From a virus (Duplodnaviria > Caudoviricetes), in the IMG/VR virus record IMGVR_UViG_3300048694_000840, positions 1 to 53,360 of that record: a stretch of 53,360 nucleotides of DNA; one strand, given 5' to 3'. Positions 48,276 through 53,360 of this stretch are shown here, in pieces; position 1 is the stretch's first letter; every line of letters starts with the position of its first letter. Under the pieces are notes generated by a model. It did not search any database, was not told where the DNA came from, and saw only the letters and a program-made list of their open reading frames with translations. The position numbers and the translations under genes are program-made.

Positions 48276-48358
48276 TGGTGCGGGTAGACGGATTCGAACC
48301 ATCACGCACTAGGCGGGAGATTTTAAGTCTCCTGTGTCTACCATTTCACCATACCCGC
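48276..48358 (-). tRNA. tRNA-Leu(TAA)
   Basis: GGAGA-CTTAAAA-TCTCC; long variable arm; ACCA. Confidence 0.9.
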
Positions 48359-49173
48359 AATTTTTTCCTATAGATTAATGCAGCAGCACCAATCGCACTA
48401 CCTGGATCACCAGGATTTTTAGGAACAAATATATTATATCCCATATCTATCAGTTTGGCAACAGCCAAACTATTGAAAGCCACACCACCAGAAAAACAAA
48501 TATTTTTATGGTGATAATTTTTAAAAACCTGCAACAATTTGTATTCAAGTAAAGCTTGACACGTTGCGGCCAAATCTTCTGAATTATAACCAGAATAGAA
48601 ACCTTTGCAACCTTTATGGTTGTTTCTATGTTCCAATTGTTCATTCATATCCAACAACAATTCAGGAATAATTTTACCTGTGATTGATAACTTCATGAAT
48701 TTATTTTCGTCACAGTTAGGTTTCATTCCAATAAGTTGGACTATCGAACTATAAAACAAACCAAAACTAAAAGGATATCTTCTAGAATATAGTTTTTTAT
48801 ATGTCGCATTTCCATTTTCATACTTTGCATTCCAGACACTTAATGTATCCCATTCACCTATAGAATCTGCAACAATTATATTTGCATCATCAAAGATTGA
48901 AGTTTGAAATGCATTAGCAGCATGTGACAAATGGTGACTGAAATAATACTTTGGCTTCAACTTCAAGTTGATATTCTTGAATGATGTTTTGTATTGACCT
49001 GCATAGAATTGTCTTGTTCTTTTCAGAAAAGGCTTTTCATAGAAAGCAATCTCATCTGTATGGACAAGTGAAGTATCTATGTTTGTAGGATAAAAAACAC
49101 ATTCACCATCTTTAATGATGGCCAAAGATTCAGTATGAAAACCTTGAGTGAACCCAACGAATTCATTCTTCAT
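48346..49173 (-). CDS. Carbamoyltransferase N-terminal (Kae1-like) domain protein, CmcH/NodU family
   Basis: FYEKP, HHLSHAA, DSIGE, GGVAFN, PGDPGSAIGAA; no C-terminal domain. Confidence 0.8.
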   Translation of the reverse strand: MKNEFVGFTQGFHTESLAIIKDGECVFYPTNIDTSLVHTDEIAFYEKPFLKRTRQFYAGQYKTSFKNINLKLKPKYYFSHHLSHAANAFQTSIFDDANIIVADSIGEWDTLSVWNAKYENGNATYKKLYSRRYPFSFGLFYSSIVQLIGMKPNCDENKFMKLSITGKIIPELLLDMNEQLEHRNNHKGCKGFYSGYNSEDLAATCQALLEYKLLQVFKNYHHKNICFSGGVAFNSLAVAKLIDMGYNIFVPKNPGDPGSAIGAAALIYRKKLRVW

Positions 49174-49273
49174 AGATATATGGTTCTCTTTCTCTGGCTA
49201 TTTCCAGTGGATGTTTTTTTCCACGAATTCTATGCCATAAAATATCCAAATACAATTTAAATCTAAACCACAT
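49163..49273 (-). CDS. Small 36 aa protein between the SGNH-like and carbamoyltransferase genes
   Basis: Manual translation MWFRFKLYLDILWHRIRGKKHPLEIAREREPYIYEE; overlaps both neighbours. Confidence 0.55.
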   Translation of the reverse strand: MWFRFKLYLDILWHRIRGKKHPLEIAREREPYIYEE

Positions 49274-49889
49274 TACACATTTCCTTAATGTATGGAATAA
49301 CAATTTGTTTTGCAATCATCTCATGACCTAATTCCAATGGGTGACGATTTTCTCCTATTGGATAATTATTCTCTATACAAAATTTACGTAAAGGATTTTT
49401 ATGCCAGACCATAGTTTCTGGAATATCAGGATCGTCTTTAAATATTTCCATTTCATCCCAACTCATAAACAAAAATAGATGTGGTATTTTTAAACTATTC
49501 ATATATTCATGAATAGCAAATATTTTCCATTTCTGTAAATCGTACCACATTTTATAATCTGTTTTAGCTGAAAACATGTATAAGTGGAAATTTCTTACTT
49601 GGTCACTTTGAAAATTTTTTTGAAACAAAGCAATATTCCGAATTTCATTCTCGTAAGCATAACTTATTCTACTAAATGCGGTTATTTGTATGACTGCAAA
49701 ATCTAATTTAACTTGTTTTGTCAAATCATACATGCCCTTACATATTCTGTCTATTGAATTTGCGGTTTTAGAAACATTGTATTCCTTGATACCCAATTCA
49801 CGAGCAATCACGGCTGAATATCTATCTTTGATCGGATCAAACAATTCATCACCATAGGTGAAACTACAACCACTAAATCCTATATTCAT
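49263..49889 (-). CDS. SGNH-hydrolase-like protein
   Basis: GCSFTYG block I; C-terminal HPLELGH. Confidence 0.72.
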   Translation of the reverse strand: MNIGFSGCSFTYGDELFDPIKDRYSAVIARELGIKEYNVSKTANSIDRICKGMYDLTKQVKLDFAVIQITAFSRISYAYENEIRNIALFQKNFQSDQVRNFHLYMFSAKTDYKMWYDLQKWKIFAIHEYMNSLKIPHLFLFMSWDEMEIFKDDPDIPETMVWHKNPLRKFCIENNYPIGENRHPLELGHEMIAKQIVIPYIKEMCNVV

Positions 49890-49905
49890 ATTTTTCTCCT
49901 TAACT

Positions 49906-49980
49906 TGGCCTGCCGTGCAGGAATCGAACCCACATTCTAGAGGTAGAAGCTCTATGTATTATCCATTATACTAACGGCAG
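49906..49980 (-). tRNA. tRNA-Arg(TCT)
   Basis: TAGAG-CTTCTAC-CTCTA; GCCA. Confidence 0.88.
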
Positions 49981-49989
49981 ATTAAATTG

Positions 49990-50568
49990 TCATGATAATT
50001 TTTCAATAATTTTTAATACATTATCTGTTATACCATCTGAAGAGGTGTTAAAAGAAATAATTGTTTTTCTTTTATCCGACATATTTGCAGGTCCTCTATG
50101 AATGACATAACTAGGAAAGAAGATAATATCTCCTTCTTTAACATCTAAATGAATTTTTCTATTCAAAGAAGGATCCACCAATTCTGTGGGTGCTGATAAC
50201 TTGTCCATCTCCACGTAATAGACGGCAGTAAAGTTACTTCCATGAACGTGCCATCCATGATACGATTCTTTTTCATATTGTTGAAACCAAATCGCTTCAA
50301 TTAAAAACCGAGAGTATCCCATTTTTGTAGAAATACCATTCAATTTATCCTGTAAAATGGGATAAAAATATTTTACCCATTCTCTATTCCGATCTGTTGA
50401 TTTTGACCAATCCAATTTAGTTACATTCTCAAACGGATTTAAATCGGAATGTTTTTGAGTTGATTCGGAATCGGCTTCAGAGAATAACATCAATAATTTA
50501 TTTTTAATAGTCGGATGATTTTCCATCGTTGTTTTAACTATGTATGATGTAAATTCTATAAATTCCAT
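49990..50568 (-). CDS. 2OG-Fe(II) oxygenase-like protein
   Basis: WFQQY...HGWHVH...FTAVYYV...GDIIFFPSYVIH...KTIISFN. Confidence 0.82.
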   Translation of the reverse strand: MEFIEFTSYIVKTTMENHPTIKNKLLMLFSEADSESTQKHSDLNPFENVTKLDWSKSTDRNREWVKYFYPILQDKLNGISTKMGYSRFLIEAIWFQQYEKESYHGWHVHGSNFTAVYYVEMDKLSAPTELVDPSLNRKIHLDVKEGDIIFFPSYVIHRGPANMSDKRKTIISFNTSSDGITDNVLKIIEKLS

Positions 50569-50581
50569 TTTAATTCTCAAT

Positions 50582-50658
50582 TGGTGCCCCAGAGGAGAGT
50601 CGAACTCCTAAAATTTGGTTTCTAAGACCAACACGTATACCAATTCCGTCACCGGGGC
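50582..50658 (-). tRNA. tRNA-Leu(TAG), short variable loop
   Basis: TTGGT-CTTAGAA-ACCAA; 77 nt; ACCA. Confidence 0.85.
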
Positions 50659-50671
50659 AATAAATACTTAC

Positions 50672-50881
50672 ATGAATAAAAGACAACTCACAGACTATAT
50701 TATAGAACAATTGCAACACTCTGGCAAGTCCTATAAAACCTCAAACGAGAGGTTAGCCTATGATTTAGGTTATATAATTTCTATTTTAGCCGAGGTGTGT
50801 GAACACGATCCTGTTAATACGGCAATACTAAAAAAGAAATTAAATAAGTTAAAAAATTTTGGTGCTCCCACCAAGAATTGA
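50672..50881 (+). CDS. Hypothetical protein antisense to the tRNA cluster
   Basis: MNKRQL start after late-like AATAAATA; fills the gap between two tRNAs. Confidence 0.5.
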   Translation: MNKRQLTDYIIEQLQHSGKSYKTSNERLAYDLGYIISILAEVCEHDPVNTAILKKKLNKLKNFGAPTKN

Positions 50882-50933
50882 ACTTGGTTTTCACCCTTAC
50901 CAAGGGTGTGTAATGCCATTATACTATGAGAGC
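50860..50933 (-). tRNA. tRNA-Thr(GGT)
   Basis: CACCC-TTGGTAA-GGGTG; ACCA. Confidence 0.9.
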
Positions 50934-50934
50934 A

Positions 50935-51010
50935 TGGTGGGGCGGCGCAGGTTCGAACTGCGTTCTCTCGGCTTAAGAGGCCGGACTTCACCAATCAAAG
51001 TTTCCTCCCC
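50935..51010 (-). tRNA. tRNA-Lys(CTT)
   Basis: CGGC-CTCTTAA-GCCG; GTTCGAAC; ACCA. Confidence 0.82.
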
Positions 51011-51014
51011 AATA

Positions 51015-51091
51015 TGGTACCCCAGGTGGGATTCGAGCCCACAAAATTCTGCTTTTGAGACAGACACGTATACCTATTCCGTCACCGGGGC
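51015..51091 (-). tRNA. tRNA-Leu(CAA), short variable loop
   Basis: TCTGT-CTCAAAA-GCAGA; 77 nt; ACCA. Confidence 0.85.
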
Positions 51092-51097
51092 AAATAC

Positions 51098-51192
51098 AAC
51101 AGGATCGTTTAACGCCGATTCGAACGGCTCCGTTTGCTTAGAAGGCAAATGCTCTACCATTGAGCTAGTTAATTTTTGCTGAACCGATCCTA
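51098..51192 (-). ncRNA. CAGCAA-stem RNA copy 4 with an embedded tRNA-Arg(TCT)-like cloverleaf
   Basis: AGGATCG-GTT-CAGCAA...TTAAC-TA-GCTCAATGGTAGAGC-A-TTTGC-CTTCTAA-GCAAA-CGGA-GCCG-TTCGAAT-CGGC-GTTAA-A-CGATCCT-GTT; no CCA. Confidence 0.8.
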
Positions 51193-51196
51193 AACT

Positions 51197-51272
51197 TGGT
51201 GCAACCCAGAGGAATCGAACCTCTTTCAACGGCTCTTCAGACCGCCGCTATGACCACATCAGCTAGAGTTGC
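51197..51272 (-). tRNA. tRNA-Phe(GAA)
   Basis: GCGGT-CTGAAGA-GCCGT; ACCA. Confidence 0.88.
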
Positions 51273-51277
51273 ATTAT

Positions 51278-51351
51278 TGGTACCCCGTGACAGAATCGAA
51301 CTGCCGTGGCCGTCTTGTAAGGGCGGTGTTCTACCATTAAACTAACGGGGC
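51278..51351 (-). tRNA. tRNA-Val(TAC)
   Basis: Loop CTTACAA; GTTCGATTC; ACCA. Confidence 0.87.
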
Positions 51352-51361
51352 AAATTTACTT

Positions 51362-51436
51362 TGGGGTGACTAATGGGTAACGATCCCATACTACAACTTT
51401 CACAGAGTTGGGTGCTTCCACTACACTATAGCCACC
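51362..51436 (-). tRNA. tRNA-His(GTG)
   Basis: CAACT-CTGTGAA-AGTTG; G-1:C73; T-loop ATCGTTA. Confidence 0.87.
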
Positions 51437-51468
51437 CCAAAGTAAACTTAATTACTTTGGGGTCTGTA

Positions 51469-51945
51469 TCATGCTTGTTCAGCAAGAATACGCTTCAAAC
51501 GGTCTGCACAGAAAGAAGCGGCAGGAGCATCTGGTTTCACCATAGGTGTCATGTTACATGTACCTTTGATATAACCAATTGCTTGTTGCACAACACAAGA
51601 AGAACCGAATTCTTCATCCTTGTTCAAGTCCAAATGAACTTCAACATGGAAATCTTCTAGTGCTTCTTGCAATTCTTGGAACAATTCTGAAACCTTGTAT
51701 ACTTCTGTCATCAGACGCATAGCAGGTTTGCTTTTCTTATGGTCGTAATCCAATTCACGATCAACATAACCAAAGATTTTACAACCATGACGGCCATCAA
51801 TATGAACAACAACAGCCAATGCATAGTCAGCATACCATACGCCGTTAACTCTTACTCTTTCGGAGTCGGCACCCAGATATACACGGGTATCAGGTCCTTG
51901 TGTTGCAAGGAATTGTCTGACTTCATTTATGTTAAAGTTTTTCAT
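51469..51945 (-). CDS. RNase H-like YkuK/DUF458 family protein
   Basis: VYLGADS...RLMTEV..V..L...EVHLDLN...SS...KPDAPAASFCADR; start MKNF after an AAGGTG RBS. Confidence 0.8.
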   Translation of the reverse strand: MKNFNINEVRQFLATQGPDTRVYLGADSERVRVNGVWYADYALAVVVHIDGRHGCKIFGYVDRELDYDHKKSKPAMRLMTEVYKVSELFQELQEALEDFHVEVHLDLNKDEEFGSSCVVQQAIGYIKGTCNMTPMVKPDAPAASFCADRLKRILAEQA

Positions 51946-51968
51946 ATCAATCACCTTTCTATAAAAAA

Positions 51969-52042
51969 TGGCGCCTCGCCAGGGAATCGAACCCCGTCCT
52001 GGACTTTTGGAGAGTCTTATGCTACCGGAACACTTGCGAGAC
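51969..52042 (-). tRNA. tRNA-Trp(CCA)
   Basis: GACT-CTCCAAA-AGTC; GCCA. Confidence 0.87.
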
Positions 52043-52047
52043 AATAC

Positions 52048-52111
52048 AACAGGATCGTTTTTGCGTTTTCAATTACAAGTTGAATGCTTTTTGGTTGCTG
52101 AACCGATCCTA
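52048..52111 (-). ncRNA. CAGCAA-stem RNA copy 5 with an isolated anticodon arm (TGT)
   Basis: AGGATCG-GTT-CAGCAA ... TTCAA-CTTGTAA-TTGAA ... CGATCCT-GTT. Confidence 0.75.
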
Positions 52112-52116
52112 AAACA

Positions 52117-52191
52117 TGGTACCCTTGGACAATTTCGAAATGTCGACCTACGCCTTATCAAGACGGTGCTCTTCCTCTGAGCTACAAGGGC
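52117..52191 (-). tRNA. tRNA-Ile(GAT)
   Basis: CGTC-TTGATAA-GGCG; ACCA. Confidence 0.87.
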
Positions 52192-52197
52192 AATAAC

Positions 52198-52272
52198 TGG
52201 CCGGTCCTGAGAGAATCAAACTCCCACTTCAACGTTCGTAGCGTTGTGTAATATTCATTTTACTAAGGACCG
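52198..52272 (-). tRNA. tRNA-Arg(ACG)
   Basis: CAACG-CTACGAA-CGTTG; GCCA. Confidence 0.85.
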
Positions 52273-52278
52273 AAAATA

Positions 52279-52356
52279 TGGCGCAGACCAAAGGATTCGA
52301 ACCTTTGCGGGAATCTAGAATGTGCCGGACATGCCGGCTACCCCACCATTATCTGC
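52279..52356 (-). ncRNA. Aberrant tRNA-like RNA (acceptor + T arm + CCA, non-canonical core)
   Basis: GCAGAT/GTCTGC-G-CCA; AAAGG-TTCGAAT-CCTTT; core GTGGGG/TCCCGC enclosing GCCGG-CATGT-CCGGC. Confidence 0.6.
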
Positions 52357-52362
52357 ATAACT

Positions 52363-52437
52363 TGGTGGTGATAGTTGGTAACGATCCAACCTTTGAGCCT
52401 TATGAGAGCCCCGCATATCCGTCTATGCTATATCACC
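52363..52437 (-). tRNA. tRNA(CAT), elongator Met or Ile2
   Basis: GGGCT-CTCATAA-GGCTC; T-loop ATCGTTA; ACCA. Confidence 0.82.
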
Positions 52438-52522
52438 ATATAAAAACACACTCAAACGGGTCTGTTCTCCTATCCCCGCACAGCCGTTCCAGCCAGGGTA
52501 GGGTAGAGTATGTTTTTATATG
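52437..52522 (-). ncRNA. Candidate structured ncRNA closed by a 17 bp stem
   Basis: CATATAAAAACATACTC / GAGTGTGTTTTTATATG (one U-G on the minus strand) around a GC-rich core. Confidence 0.5.
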
Positions 52523-52595
52523 GTGGACCGGAGGGGAATCGAACCCCTACTCGAAGCTTGCAAAGCTACTGTGCTCCCATTATCACTACCAGCCC
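52521..52595 (-). tRNA. tRNA-Ala(TGC)
   Basis: Loop TTTGCAA; G3:U70; ACCA. Confidence 0.88.
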
Positions 52596-52646
52596 ATATT
52601 GTTGACAATTTATCCTTCTCTACGCCGTCAACAAAGGCGAGGTTCT

Positions 52647-52723
52647 TGGTCGGAGTACAAGGATTCGAACCTTGGACCTCTTGCTCCCAAAGCAAGCGCA
52701 CTACCAGGCTGTGCTACACTCCG
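52647..52723 (-). tRNA. tRNA-Pro(TGG)
   Basis: CTTGC-TTTGGGA-GCAAG; ACCA. Confidence 0.92.
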
Positions 52724-52729
52724 TTTATT

Positions 52730-52804
52730 TGGCTCCACAGGCAGGGATCGAACCTACGACCAATTGATTAACAGTCAACTGCACTACCGCTGTGCTACTG
52801 TGGA
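52730..52804 (-). tRNA. tRNA-Asn(GTT)
   Basis: GTTGA-CTGTTAA-TCAAT; GCCA. Confidence 0.92.
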
Positions 52805-52810
52805 ATTGAA

Positions 52811-53360
52811 TTATCTCAAGTTGATTCCAAAAACATCTTCAAAATTTTCACCACGAAGTTTATCTAACTTTTCCGTAAATTCAAAATAAGAATTTGAATC
52901 TATTGTTGGTGTATTTTTTAAATTGTTTTTGATATCATTAATTTCTTTAACAAAGACATAAAAATTTTCAGGTTTTAATATCTCTGTTGCTTTATCTATT
53001 TCTTCATACACTTTTTGTTTATGATGTTCAGGCATATTCAAAAAATGTAAACTCTTTGGTGAAATCACCGAATAACATCTTGTTGCAATCTTATTGTTTA
53101 TATTATACAATTCTATTAGAAATTTGGCAAGCCTTGAAACGTCCAATAGTGTGTATTGACTTATCGCTGTATTGAATGAAAAATTACTAAATTGTTTTGC
53201 AAATTCTTTAATATTTTTTTCTACCACATTCCATTTTGTTCCATGGCGAATATATTCCGCAGTTTTATCTACACCATCAATACTTGCAATAAATTCTACC
53301 GATTTAAACTTCAACAATCTAGAAACAAATTTTTCATTGTATGTGCTACAGTTTGTAAAC
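52811..53360 (-). CDS. Radical SAM protein, C-terminal part (truncated by the window edge)
   Basis: Frame open to the window end; ASIDG...EYIRHGTKW..V..N; LDKLRGENF..VF tail typical of phage radical SAM proteins. Confidence 0.7.
   Translation of the reverse strand, partial: FTNCSTYNEKFVSRLLKFKSVEFIASIDGVDKTAEYIRHGTKWNVVEKNIKEFAKQFSNFSFNTAISQYTLLDVSRLAKFLIELYNINNKIATRCYSVISPKSLHFLNMPEHHKQKVYEEIDKATEILKPENFYVFVKEINDIKNNLKNTPTIDSNSYFEFTEKLDKLRGENFEDVFGINLR

Noticed and set aside
51098-51192. Ordinary tRNA-Arg(TCT) gene
   Set aside because: The acceptor is only 5 bp with no discriminator or CCA, and it is nested in the CAGCAA stem; every canonical tRNA here encodes CCA.
52279-52356. tmRNA
   Set aside because: Far too short, no tag reading frame and no Ala identity elements.
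52597-52646. tRNA-associated HDV-like (theta) ribozyme
   Set aside because: I could not build the nested P1/P3/P1.1 double pseudoknot or place a catalytic C by eye; the tRNAs already encode CCA.
50770-52889. ORFs overlapping tRNA genes (e.g. 50770-50994, 50859-51182, 52278-52889, 52516-52701)
   Set aside because: They are translations of tRNA sequence with no protein-like features.
294-53360. Stop-codon reassignment
   Set aside because: Core genes translate full-length in the standard code and no suppressor-anticodon tRNA was found.

Overview
A 53 kb segment of a T4-like myovirus genome in the standard genetic code, with most genes on the minus strand. The gene set resembles aquatic T4-like phages; the host cannot be assigned from sequence alone. 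Left to right it holds: accessory genes (ParB-like, MazG, HEXXH-VWA CobT-like, AbrB-like); RNase H, a GIY-YIG nuclease, nrdB/thioredoxin/fatty-acid desaturase/nrdA, thyX and primase; a lysis module (GH19 endolysin, spanins, holin-like proteins); Ig-domain and internal head proteins; a sugar-modification cassette; and the gp41-UvsX-gp43 replication core. Next come a plus-strand late operon of secreted low-complexity proteins, GroES, and an ~8 kb cluster of 20 canonical tRNAs. The most striking feature is in the tRNA cluster. A Ro60/TROVE-like VWA protein (DUF2828-like) is preceded, under its own sigma70 promoter, by three tandem copies of an unnamed ncRNA. Each copy has a covarying terminal stem, an invariant CAGCAA and a variable cargo. 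Two more copies sit among the tRNAs and carry a CCA-less tRNA-Arg(UCU) cloverleaf or an isolated Thr(UGU) anticodon arm. The cluster also holds two aberrant tRNA-like genes, Leu tRNAs with short variable loops, and two long-stem-flanked ncRNA candidates. All family assignments come from motif recognition, not database searches.
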